A stretch of DNA of 63,539 bases, the filler included, from Vannella sp. (Eukaryota): assembly GCA_023345925.1 (NCBI GenBank). It is 7 parts of 7 records of this genome, joined end to end, with 100 filler letters (N's around TTAATTAATTAA, not from the genome) between each part and the next. Parts side by side here need not be neighbours in the genome. Positions count along the whole stretch, not along the records: positions 42,269 to 48,795 come from JAJQQN010001332.1; positions 48,896 to 59,756 come from JAJQQN010001005.1; 5 more parts are not named here. One strand, given 5' to 3'. The notes under the pieces are model-generated. The model searched no databases and had not been told where the DNA came from. It saw nothing but the letters and a program-made list of their open reading frames with translations. Made by a program: the position numbers and the translations under genes. Positions within the stretch are counted from its first letter, which is position 1; the number at the start of each line of letters is the position of its first letter. Of the stretch, positions 47,120 to 58,819 are shown piece after piece.

Positions 47120-48751
47120 ATGGAGGAAACGGTCGAGGCGAAGCCGAAGTTTCGGGGCGCGTGGGCTCCTGCGTTGTCCTCTCCCGCAAAGCCACGGAAC
47201 TTTGCGGTTCCTGAGAAGGGCGGAGGGCGGCCACTTCCTGCAAGGCTGGTTTCTTGTCAGGAAGAGCAGAGTGGGGAGGAGCCTTCGTCGGACAGTGAGA
47301 TGATGGAGATCCCTTCTCCGATAGAACCGGAGCGGCCTTTGGAGCTTCCAATACCGATAGACCAAGAGTCAGCATCGGAAGCAGACCTTCCATTGGACTC
47401 GGAGCCTCCAATGGACACTGAACCGTTGGCAAACGCCTCTTCGAGTGCGCATGCAGGCAGCTCCTCAAAGCAAGAGAAGGAAACAGAAGAGGTCTCATCT
47501 GTTCAGAGGGACTCTCTGAAGCAGGAGGAGCGTGTGGAGCGGGAGCTCCCAACAAGAGAGAAGCCTCTTTTGAAGAGAAGAGTCTCGTTCAAGTCGTCTT
47601 CGGAAGCAAAGCCCACATTCGACGCAGGCCTAGCCCTTGCTGAAGATGTGGTCGAGAGGAGCGAGCCCCTATTGCAAGCAGAGCCTACAATGAAGGCTGA
47701 AACTCCTGTGAAGGACGTCCCTACTGTTGATGCAGAGCCCCCAACGCAGAGTAAGCGAAAGGCGAGAAGAATGGAGTCACCGAAGATCGAGGAAGCAGTG
47801 AAACAAGAGGTTGAGGCCCTTCCGCGAGTGAAGGAGGAGCCTATTCGAGAAGCAAAACGCGAGGCTGTGCTGGAACCTGCTGCAAAGGAGAGTGCTCTCG
47901 CTGGACCTACTGCGTCAAGGGTTCCCCCTTCCCACTTCAAGTCAGAAGGGCGAAACTTCCGTCACAGTATGGCTTCGCCATCTCTCCGCTCAGCTGCAAG
48001 CGGGTACAGTGCTACGAAAGACCCCAGGAAGCCTGTAGTCATCCCATTACCACCTAAGAAGGAGCTCCAAGACGACGTAATCGACTTTCTGTCCGCCGAG
48101 AGGACGGAGATTCATGAAAGGGAGCTGGCAAGGGAGATGGCGCGTTACCGTGAGTCAACAAACGATAGAGTTCTTCAACGGCAACTCGATAACATCCAAT
48201 TCAAGATCAGCGCGCAGATCAACACGCAGATGCAGCAAGAACAAGCAGAGCAGCTCCGTCAACAGCAGCGGGAACGTCGCCGACAGATGCTTAAGCGGAT
48301 GATTGGGGAGCTTCAAAGCGAGTTAGATGAAGAGGAACGGTCAGAACAGCTCTACCAGCAGCAACGAAAGCAACATCGAGAGGAAGCCATCGAAGAGTTC
48401 CGGAAGTGGGACGGAGAGATCAGCAAAGTACGCGATCGCATCGAGAAGGCCCACGACATCAACGATCAGGAGAGGGAGAAGGCTGCACGAGTCGATGAAG
48501 CGAAAGTGGGCAAAGCACAGAAGCTTTACTACGAGACGCTCCTTGATAAGGACCCCAATGCCGCTATGGCACTCGAAAGAGCCGTTCCCGCTGCGTATAA
48601 GGAAGCTGCAGCAGCACCAAAGCCCCAGGGCATCTACCGACGAGGCAAAACAACGACCCGACATGGTTCAGAGGCTCTTCAACGCATCCTCGACCGTTTG
48701 CAAGGCCTGTCAGACTCTGACGAGGAGCTCTTGTCCTCTGATGAGGACTGA
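47120..48751 (+). CDS. Hypothetical protein with a low-complexity N-terminus and C-terminal coiled coil
   Basis: 543-aa intronless ORF; E/Q/R-rich helical C-terminal half. Confidence 0.75.
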   Translation: MEETVEAKPKFRGAWAPALSSPAKPRNFAVPEKGGGRPLPARLVSCQEEQSGEEPSSDSEMMEIPSPIEPERPLELPIPIDQESASEADLPLDSEPPMDTEPLANASSSAHAGSSSKQEKETEEVSSVQRDSLKQEERVERELPTREKPLLKRRVSFKSSSEAKPTFDAGLALAEDVVERSEPLLQAEPTMKAETPVKDVPTVDAEPPTQSKRKARRMESPKIEEAVKQEVEALPRVKEEPIREAKREAVLEPAAKESALAGPTASRVPPSHFKSEGRNFRHSMASPSLRSAASGYSATKDPRKPVVIPLPPKKELQDDVIDFLSAERTEIHERELAREMARYRESTNDRVLQRQLDNIQFKISAQINTQMQQEQAEQLRQQQRERRRQMLKRMIGELQSELDEEERSEQLYQQQRKQHREEAIEEFRKWDGEISKVRDRIEKAHDINDQEREKAARVDEAKVGKAQKLYYETLLDKDPNAAMALERAVPAAYKEAAAAPKPQGIYRRGKTTTRHGSEALQRILDRLQGLSDSDEELLSSDED

Positions 48752-48795
48752 GAAGCATCCAATACACTTTGAAGGCCTTCCCAAAAGCTCATTTC

Positions 48796-48895
48796 NNNNN
48801 NNNNNNNNNNNNNNNNNNNNNNNNNNNNNNNNNNNNNNNTTAATTAATTAANNNNNNNNNNNNNNNNNNNNNNNNNNNNNNNNNNNNNNNNNNNN
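48796..48895. other. Artificial contig linker
   Basis: N-run with TTAATTAATTAA core. Confidence 0.99.
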
Positions 48896-49010
48896 GTTCC
48901 AAAACGTCTGTTCCCCGAACTATATATCCTTTTGGGGAAAACTTTACGATAATGATTAAATTTCCTAGAATATTCAGAAAATATGATCTCCGATTCTTGG
49001 GCGATCGCCA

Positions 49011-51355
49011 TCAACCCGATTCTTGAACGATCGCCGCCAACTGTAGAGTTCTCGTCCTTTTGAACTTATGTGAAAATTCAGGCGATCGGTAAGCGGACCA
49101 TTCGGCATTGAGCACTTGACAAGAGGTAAGAGAAAGTTTGGGCAGTTCGATGGAGTTCCTTACTTTTGACAAGAAGAAACTCTCTCAGAAGATCTTTGTG
49201 AACAAGTGGAGGATGGGGAAAGGAGGGTCCAAAGGGTTTGACTCCTTCCTTTGAAGAAACGGCCACCTCGTAGTAATCGGGTTCGTCCTTGTCGCGCTTG
49301 ATAAGAATGAAGATATCTTGCTGGTGTTAGGCTCACTCAGGAGAGTTGATCTCCTCTTACGATTGAACACTGATTTGCACGCTGAAGGAGCGAAGCGCGC
49401 GTTATCTCCATCCAGGAATACGCAAACTACAATGTCATTGCCGAGATGCCGCTTTCTTTCAATCTGAGGAGCAGAAAGGTTAGAGAGGAGATGAAAGGTC
49501 CTTTTGAGATCACCTTTTGAAGATCAGCTGCAGAGTATGGCAGAAGAGTTGAAACATGGAACATGATCTCGTTTCCTTGGAACTCTGTGTAGATGGAGAA
49601 CTCTCCGGTGGAACCCACTATGAAGTTGAAGTCAGGAATTAGTCAGCTTTCAAGCGAACTTACATTTAACATCCAGACCAGCTCGGAACTTCTCCCAACC
49701 ATCAAGTTTAACCTTGTCTCCCAAAAGGAGCAGAAAATTGTCGAATTCTGGACTTCCATGTTCTAGAAGTGCGAGTTAGGCAAGTATAATGATATCATTG
49801 AGCTAATCACCATTTCCAAACCATTCGTCATCAGTGTTCTGCCCTTCTTTGCAATATAAGACACCAAACTTCCACCGGGAAACCAGCTGTTCTCAGTCAG
49901 TACAATGTCATCCATTGGGAGCGTCCTCACGTGGCTTCGATCAAACGCGTTAATCGATTTGCAAAGAGTTTCCGCACGAACTCTCTTGAGTAGCTTTTGG
50001 GGAATATTGAGCGAACTCTTATCGAGAATGGACTTCAAGGAAGACTTCATCTTTTGACTGGAAAACAATCCTGTTGCTCTCTGTTCCGTACATAGATGGT
50101 GGGTCTTTGAAGGCTCTCTAACGAGTGCCCGGATAGTGGAAGTCTCAAATTCCTCCACCACAGAGATCACAATCGGTCCCAGATTATCGAGAGTCCCCAC
50201 ATAATTCGAATGAACTTGGTACCAAGGGCAATATGAGAACTGAAAGAGACTAATCAATACTCTGACTCACCCCGATCGAGGAAATATCTTTCGTAAAGAT
50301 TGTCTTGTGCAGGAATGTCAATTGTAAACAGGCTTGGAGTAAACTTCTCCAGAGGAAGACCCTTATTACCGACTTCTGTGATGAATCCTATTTGATTGGG
50401 AAGAATCAGTTGGCATTCTGACTCCTATTGGGAGATTAGTGACGAGCTTGAGCGTTGGAGTGACCTACAGAAGCCCACCGATCTGTGAAGGTGACCTCCA
50501 CTGGGGGCATACTGTGGGCCTTCATTGTCCCTACGGACATACGAACGGCTGATGCTTCACCCAAGAACCGTATTTCTCTTCGAGATCCCATTTTCACTGC
50601 CCTTCGGCGAATGTCGGGACTCTGGTGCTCCTGAGATAGGTTGGGGCTCCTCTGCGATAACCTCCATCTATCTCTTGGTGTACGTGGACGCACAGCCTCG
50701 GGAGAGGAAGGTTCTTCTGTCTTCGTTTCAAGGGATTCACTCACTACCTGCGCAGGGAGAACTGCTGAGAGCCGGTGAATGGACGGGCTCACACGGCTTC
50801 TTTGAAGCGAGACTGGGGATACTGGGGATGCTGGAGAGGCTGTAGAAACAGTAAATTGGGGAAGAGGCTCTTCGAGAGGGTCTCTGGGGAGCACTGCCTT
50901 CTTGAACAGAGTCTTCTGGGACTTGGACCGCTTGAAGGTCCGATTCATCATCACTAGGTCGACTTCAATGGGTAACCCCTTTGCCGCTCTTTCCGTAAGA
51001 GCATCATTGGAGAGGAAACGAAGGAACTCGACAAAGAGGAACTCCCTCGTCTTCACATGCGTCAGCATGACGGAAGAGTCGGATTCACTGCCTCACCTCA
51101 ATCAAGCGAAGGCTATAGTGGATCTTCTGTTCCTCATGTAAACTATCTGTGCATCTAAAGATCTTGTCCTTGCTTTGGGTGAGCACACCAAGACCAAAAA
51201 TACGCCCGAGCCAGCTCTACCTTCACTTTGTCCACGGTTACTCGGTTAGAGAACTCAAACTGCCTCGTCTCCCCAGAGGGCACCGTAACCTGCCTTCGAT
51301 GAGCACCTCATGCCCATCAGGACGGTTGATCCCTCACCTCAAGGATAAAGCTCAT
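49011..51355 (-). CDS. Rap GTPase-activating protein (RapGAP domain), possible ubiquitin-like N-terminus
   Basis: Motifs FRAGLD, EIMFHVSTLLPY, ERKRHLGNDIV, PFGP, NAE..AY...RTR. Many short introns; 5' exons tentative. Confidence 0.88.
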
Positions 51356-51482
51356 TGCCTCTCCCAACGGAGGGCTCAAAAAATAATCTTTTCATAATCC
51401 ATTAATTTTTCTGAAGAAAAGATGCTGGCTGGCATTAATTGGAATTGTGACAGAGGGTAAGCCATTCTTTGTTGATCTTTTC

Positions 51483-51769
51483 ATGAGCTCTGTGGGCAAA
51501 GTCGGCCTCGCGCGCTTCTTCCGCGGCGTTCCTTTGAACCTTACGCAATTCCAACAGCAGGCTGTGCAGGTAAGGTGATTGTTATCGATCCTTTTTTAGT
51601 GCTTACGGACAGACAGAGCTCACATGCGGACATGTACGTCAGAACAGCCAGAAAGCGTGTTGTCTTCTTCGGAATCGCCATTATCACCGGATTTGTCACT
51701 GGATTGACTGCTTTGGGTATGGTTGATCTTGCTTGCAAGAAGAACCAAGCCAAACTTGCCTGGAAGTAA
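51483..51769 (+). CDS. Small single-TM protein, candidate cytochrome c oxidase subunit Cox7/COX7A
   Basis: 79 aa after removing intron 51570-51616; presequence-like N-terminus, one TM, basic tail. Confidence 0.5.
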
Positions 51770-51856
51770 CCTCAGCCCTTCCTTTGTCCGTACAGTGCCT
51801 TTAGTATGGGCTAACACCTTTCTCTTCAATAAATATAGATCAAGCCAATGCGGCTG

Positions 51857-52463
51857 CTACTCCAAAGGGGTCTTCTCCGTGAATTCCATGATCTTAACAA
51901 AACAGTCGAAGGTGACGCGGTTTCCATCACTCGCTTCTTTCACCATCTCCTCAAACTCCTCTAGTTTCATGTCTTCACCTATCTCAAGGGCCACTCGTTG
52001 CAGATCCTCCTTGGTGATGTGTCCCTTGTCATCAGCATCAAACATCTCGAAGGCCACTCTGTATCGTTCAGAGTCATCTTGATCCTTGATGATAGGCGTC
52101 ATTAAGCTAACGTAACTCTCAAACGCGACCTTGTCCTCCTCACTGTCGGCATTCAAGATTTCCTCGATTGCGCTCTTCTCTGGTTTCCAACCAGCAGCGC
52201 CCATGGCAAAGGCGAGCTCTTGCTTTGGGATGAACCCTGTAAACACGTTCAGCGAGAGAACACCAACACCAAGCACCACCGAACCACTCACCAGTCCCAA
52301 ACGTATCGTACATCCCGAAGGCTTCCGTCAGCCGCTTGACTTGCATCGGTGAGAGATCAGGATACACCTTGGCCTTGGCCTTGGCCTTTGCCTTCGAGAT
52401 CTTCTTCGTGGCGCCAGCTTTACCTGTCTTGGGCGACCCTTTGGTGGTCTCCTTCTTGGGCAT
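51857..52463 (-). CDS. Centrin/caltractin-like EF-hand protein
   Basis: Lys-rich N-terminus; EAFGMYDTFGTG|FI, AFEMFDADDKGHITKEDLQRVALEIGE. One intron. Confidence 0.85.
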
Positions 52464-52594
52464 CAGCTTGCTAATGCAGGAATAATAATAATTAAGGGGA
52501 CACCTAGAATTGGAGGCATTTGGGCAAACTGGCGGCGGAGGACAGTTCGTTGACAGCTCGTCCAGCAGAGGGACTTCGGCTGAGGGTGCTGGGC

Positions 52595-55500
52595 ATGCCG
52601 AGGATTAGCGACGAATACAGGAACCCCTGTCTCAACTTCCAGCCACAGCAGTTCCGGAAGGACAAGTGCTCCACTTGTTTCTTTCTTAGAAGCCTTCACT
52701 CGAGCCCTTGTGAAGCGGACGCCCCCTCCGGCGGTGGTGATGAGGAGAGAGAGGGCGTTGTGGAGACAGAGAAATCTCATTTGAAGGACAAGGTGGTTTC
52801 CAATCCCACAGAGGATCTATCTGTTGCACGCGAGCCAGAGGAAGAGGAGCCTGCGCTGCAAGCCTTGCCCCAAGCGCATCATCCAGACCCTAGTGAAGAG
52901 AAAGAGGTTGAAGATGCTTCACATACTCCTCTTCGTGAACCTCTCCAACTAGCTCTCCCTGTGAGCGTCAAGTTCCCTGACTTTGAAGAGGACCCACAGA
53001 AGGCACCAAGCGCTTCCATTCCCTTCCCTACCGAGGAGGCGCCCCGCTCGGCTCGTCGACGCAGTGTTAAGTTCAAATGGCTGGGAGGCTCATCATCCCC
53101 TCAGGGTGAAGACCTCCCGAAGGAGCTGGTTCATGAGAGAGCGACTTCTTTGACAAGCAAAGACGTGAAGACTTCTTTGAGCATCAAAGACGTGAAGCCT
53201 CCTAAAGTCACCAAGAGAAGGAGGACAAAGGGGGAGATGCCATCAGGTGATCAACGGTCCGCTTCAGAAGAACTGGTTTCCCTCTCGGAGCCCACTATCC
53301 AAGCACCCGCGGTTCCAGAGACCGAGGAGCAGCGAAAGATCGCGGATGCTCTATCACAATGGATGGGAGATAGCGGTTCACTCGGAGCCATTCCCATCCC
53401 TTCTGGGATAGACAGGAAAAAGAAGACATTCTTCGGTCGAATCCGAGCAGGAGATACCCGAGAAGCTCCCCATCGATCAAAGCTTCAAGGGAGCCGCGAA
53501 GCGGCGCCTTCGTCACTTCAAAACCCTTCCATGGCGCATTTGCGCCGCACGACACTCACAACAAGCTCTCCTTCTTTGAGAAGTTCTTCCGAAAACTCGC
53601 AGCAAATCGTCGCCTACCTACGAGTCTCCTTGATTGCGATCAAGTATGAGGTCACGAAGGACTCTAAATGGGGGCAGGTTCTCTCGAAAGATGGGATTGG
53701 TGTGCGGATGAGTGTCTCAGGTGGTGGTGGGACATCGTGCTCGGTACCCTCACTTTTACTTCCCGTCGGGGATGAGAGGCAGCCCAGCCAACTGAATATT
53801 GGTATCACTCGCGAGGTGATGAGTGCAACCCCAACCCTTTCCATGACGATTCAGGACTATTTGGCAGATATTGCGATTGGCACTGCGAAGATCTCTTTGG
53901 CTTCCATCCCGTTTGTCCATGCTAGTATGGCGTATGGAGTGTGCCAAGTGCACCCGTGGACTGCAAGAACATGCGTGGAAGGAAAGCTCCGATTAGGATT
54001 GAAGCTCGTTCGAGCGCCCAGTGAATCTATCGTTGAGGACAGCTGGACGGAACAGAATAGTGGCGGGTGCTTTGAGCACGCTTCGTGGGTATGTTCTCCT
54101 CAGTATGCCTTCCACATTCCCAAAGGGCGAACTCTTGCACTTGCTCTTCATAGTTCCATTGGCATTCAGGAGGAGATTGGATTCTCCCTCTGTCAAATAC
54201 CTGTGGAGTTGAAAGGAAGACGTCTTGGGCATGATAACGTCCCTTTCGTCCAGCGCATGGTCTCTGTACACCGGCAATCTGCTCGTGTTGATATCGAAAT
54301 AAGTCTTGAGCCAGGATCCTACATTGCCATACCCTCGACCAGGTCTCCTGGACCAATAGCGTCATTTTCTTTCTCTGTCTGCTCTCTTGATGGACTACGG
54401 AGAGTGAAAATTGAAAGCATCAATGCTGAGCATCCTCCCCTTGCAATACCTTTCGGGGACACCGACGCATCACAAGAGGACACTGCAGGAGAGGGAGACG
54501 ATTTTCTTGATGGCATTGGAAACGAGTGTGCCTTCCGACTGAGTGATATTGGGACAGTCGAGGATTTAGATGATATGGATTGGGATATGGATCTTGGCGA
54601 CAGCTCTGCGCTGAAGCCTCCAGAAAAGGACCTCAGTGATCCTTTTGATGAAGGATTTGATGACGCTTTTGACGATGAACCCCTCGCTACTGTTCGGGCA
54701 GATCCAGTGCCTGACGAACTTGATGACTTTGGGGATGATTTTGATTTGTCCGAGGAAGCTCCTCTCTCGCTTCCAATGGAATCGCCCCCTGTGAGAAACC
54801 AAGATATCCCCTCAAGAGCTGAGCTGAAACTTGAAACCCTTTCGGATGGTGGATTTGATGACGGGTTTGATGATGGGTTTGATGATGGGTTTGACGAAGG
54901 ATTTGATGGGGGGCTTGACCTTCCCAAAGCAATTCCGGCTAAGACTGGAGTGAGTGAAGATGAACTGAGCGGGTTCGATGACTCATCAGTCGATGGCATC
55001 CCGGTGCCTGCGGAGATTTCTTTATCAGAACCAGAGAATCGATCTCTTCCACTCTTTGAGGCAATTGATTCAGGCAACATTGCAGATATCAACCAACTCC
55101 TAACGGACAATCCCTCTTGGAAAGATGACGTCAATGCAACAGGAATGCCCTTATTGACTGCGGGTGTGTGCAGTGGCCAATTGAACGTGATTCGTTGCCT
55201 TCTATCACACAATGTGAAACTCAATGGAACAGATGAGAGCTCATCAAAGTCTCCTTTGCTAACTGCAATCGAGTTGGAACAAAACGACATCATCCGATGC
55301 CTCATTAACTTCCGCTGTGATGTTGCTGCGAAGGATAGTCTCGGAGAGAGTGCTTCTTTCAAGGCTTTGGTGCGCGGAGACAGAGAGACTCTTCAACTAC
55401 TTGCTCCTGCGATTTGTTTGCCCCCTACTCAAGTCCTGGGTGTAGTTGAATCAGATGCCTGGGATCTCAGTTCATTGTATCTCGCTAGTGAGGCAATCGA

Positions 55501-56543
55501 ACCAAACCCGACCATACGAAATGGGGAGCTATTGGAGGTGCTCGAGCTTGTATGCCCCTACGAGGAATTCCACTGTCTTCTGCAAATCGTTCTCTTCCAC
55601 GGAGACTTGTACAAGGTTAATCTGATCTTTAGCGAACCAACGTCGCGCTCCTCCCTTTGGAGTTCTGCCCTTTCTGGCCTTCTTGATATCATCAAGGTAC
55701 TCTCAAACACTCAAATTATATCTCCGAGATGGGACCATGCTGCTTGCCAGTGCCTACATGCAGATGTGTCTGCCATTGCAATCTCTCCTGAACACATGAA
55801 ACAGCTATTCTTGACCTCTGATGAACCAAAGGCGTGCCATATTCTCAATCGCAACGGCGACCTCTCTTCCTACCCAATCTTTGACTATATCAACTTTGTA
55901 GGAGTCACTCGAGTGCGTTATGAATCTGGCAATGCCCAAACAAGTCACTATGAACTCTTCGTAGACGGCGTCAAGTCTCTCTGGCGAGCCCAGCTCGAAA
56001 ACGCAACCCGATCTTGTAAGTTCCCTCTCCTGCACCCCTCGCATTGACTGACAGTCTTCCAGATGACGTTAATGATGGCCGCTTTGCCTTTCTACGTAAG
56101 TTCTCTGGGAGGAGGCTTTGAGATGGAGTCTAATATCACTTGAAAGTGGGAGAATTCCGAAACCTTGACAAGTCCATCAAAGCCGACCTTTACTTTACAG
56201 TGACGGCGGGAGCTGCCGAACAAGTGTCCAGCCCACCCAGAAAGTACAAAGACACCACAATCAGCCTTGAGGATGTCATGTAAGTGCCTCCTTCTCCCTC
56301 TTGGGAAGTGAGGAAGACTCACACTCCCAAAGGTTAGTAAGACCAGATGCAGAATTCCTGTACATCGTCATGTACTCCAAAAGCCAGCGTGTTAACGGAC
56401 TGCCCGTTGCCCAAGCTAAGATACCATTCTCCATCATCAAACAAAAGGAGAAAGTGGGATCTTGGGTGCGTTTGGAGAGCGGAAAAGGACCAATGGCTGA
56501 AGTCTTCCTCGAATACCGCTTTGCCCCACTCCTCCCACTGTAA
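52595..56543 (+). CDS. Large multidomain protein (Cys/His N-terminal motif, C2-like, calpain-III-like, DDGF repeats, ankyrins, C-terminal C2-like)
   Basis: Long first exon to ~56014 plus short 3' exons; domains recognised by motif only. Confidence 0.8.
54846..54910 (+). repeat. 12-bp coding tandem repeat (GFDD x~5)
   Basis: Sequence ggatttgatgac gggtttgatgat gggtttgatgat gggtttgacgaa ggatttgat. Confidence 0.9.
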
Positions 56544-56596
56544 GGGCCCTGCCTGGACCCTTCCAATTGTTATTTATTTGTACATAAACCCATTCC

Positions 56597-57972
56597 ATGA
56601 CTTCGATGGCCGCCATTCCTTCATTGCCCAGCGGCCGGGGCCACGGGAACGTTCAGATGTCTTCGAACTCTTCGTCCAGACTGCAAGAGATCTCTGTTCG
56701 TCCAGTGGAGGCAAGGAGGCCGGGGAGTGGGTACACGCAGCTGATTTCCTCTGGAACGTTCCCGTCTTTGCCTGCAGCGGCCAAGTCGATGCCGTATCAC
56801 CTCGTATTTCCACTTCTCTCTGTCCTTCAGCACGTAGTCAATCGTCTATCGGATCCCTTCACTCCTGCAGTGTTCGTTTGGGGTGATTTAGTGGCCTGTG
56901 CTCGACAGTTCCTCTCTTACGTTTACTCTACTCATCAGGTTGGCCACCTCCCTGTCCCCCAGTGAGGCTTAAGGCTTACTTAACCTGTGCAGGCAAGCAT
57001 GTTCAGTATGAGGAAAGCAGCTTCCTGCTTCAAGGAGCTCTTCAAGGCTCATCTTATCGACTCCAATGATGTCCAGCAACTCGAGACCTCTCTCGAGCAT
57101 TTGACTGACTTTTACGTCCACGCGCGAGTCTTCACACCCTTCCAAGGCCAAGACCTGGTCACAAAGCTTCGATCGGTGTGGATCTACCGCCCCGCCTTCA
57201 CCCACGTCTCCATGGAGATCCCTCCTCCCTCCCCGCTATCGTTACCCGCGCCTAATCGGCCCCTCACCTCCACATACAAGGAACACAACCGCCGCCCAAC
57301 AAGTGACTTGCGACTAACTCCCTTCCCAGCATCCCAAACCGCCTCTAAAGCCGCCTCTACAGGTGGAAACCCTGTGGAATTGGATCCCCCGCCTCTCTCC
57401 CATGCTCCTGAGAGTCCTAAAGAGGAGCCTGTAGGAGAGACTGTCTCTCTGAGTGAGTTCTTTGGCCAGGACTCTGAGTTTTCCTTCAACTTCCCGCCTG
57501 TGGACCCAAATAGCGCCAAGAGCATTGCTACTCTCTGTTATAATCTTATTAAGACGTTACGGGACAAAGGTAAGCCAACTGCGCGACTCTCTTCCAGAAA
57601 TGCACTTTTTAGTGACTTTGCTTTTTTAAGGCCCAATGAGCCGGGATACTCTTGCCAGAGAGACTGGCTTTGCTAGACAACGTGTTTGTACAGTTGTTTG
57701 TGTCTACAAAGCCATAGGATTGATCATTGAATCTCCTGATAAGGTACCTAACCAGAGCGGGCCTCTCTTTGTTCCATTGCCCCTTCTCACTCTCGGATGT
57801 TCCCCTCTAGAACACCCTTATTGAATGGAATGATACGCAAGCGTTAACCCTCTGTAACGCATGGACTCGAGTGAGAGAGCTCCTCCAATTGAGGAAACGG
57901 CGAAAGCATTTGCAGAAGCAAGTCGCCAAACTCACTTCCGGCAAACACATCAGCCAACGGCCATTAATTTGA
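56597..57972 (+). CDS. Atypical E2F/DP-like winged-helix protein
   Basis: Splicing introns ~56939-56992, 57570-57630 and 57744-57810 gives KSIATLCYNLIKTLRDKGPMSRDTLARETGFARQRVCTVVCVYKAIGLIIESPDKNTLIEWN followed by a coiled coil. Confidence 0.65.
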
Positions 57973-57980
57973 GTCATTCT

Positions 57981-58784
57981 ATGATGAACGCGAACGCTGA
58001 CCCTTTCTTGGTGGGACGGAAAGATCTTCGGTCTGTCGATGTGGCGAGCGAGTGGAGGCTTCTTTTGGTTGGGATGATGCTGCCAGGAGGGTGTTTGTAC
58101 TGACGTTACCGGGCTGGGTAGACGAAGGAGCAGATCGATCAGGCGGTTCAATATTGCGTTGGGAAGATCAACGATCGGTTCGAGGGGGAAGAGTTCGTGG
58201 TCGTGTGCATCTTAAAGGGATGCGTTTACTTCTTTGTTGACCTGACGCGTGGCCTTACCGTCCCTCACTCCACTTACTTTCTGGAAGCTAGCTCATACCA
58301 CGACTCCCAGACCCAAGCGGAGACTGTTGAACTGTTAAGGTATGTTCATTTGTACACGGTAGTAGGCGCGTTGCTCACTACGCTGTGTAGTGTCTTGGTA
58401 CCGAGCAAGTTTGCGGGAAAGAAGGTCGTTCTTCTGGATGAGTTGTACGATAGCGGAGCAACTCTTCAGTTAGTGAAGGAAAAGCTGATGGAGGAGCTTG
58501 GTAAGAAAGCAGAGGACCTCTTCACCTGCACTCTCTTCCTCAAACGAAAGGGGAATGCGTCCCAGTATCCGTTACCAGACCTCTTTGGCCTTGAACTGCC
58601 AGATGTTTGGGTTGTTGGATATGGTCTTGACGATGCCCAAGAGAAGCGTGGTTGGTCCAACTTGTACGCCTGCCCCAAGATCCCTGAGGTTCCTGCTACA
58701 AAGGATGATGAGATGTTCACCTCGCTGGCAGCTTACCAAGCAGCTCTCCAAGCTCTCGGGGAACAGTTAGCTAGTTTGGAGTAG
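57981..58784 (+). CDS. HPRT: 6-oxopurine phosphoribosyltransferase (HPRT-like)
   Basis: Motifs VVCILKG..FFVDL, ASSY, VVLLDELYDSGATL, WVVGYGLD. Introns ~58068-58120 and ~58340-58390. An in-frame upstream ATG exists at 57861. Confidence 0.9.
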
Positions 58785-58819
58785 AGAGATAAACAGGAAA
58801 AGGCTTTATTGTGGTGCTC

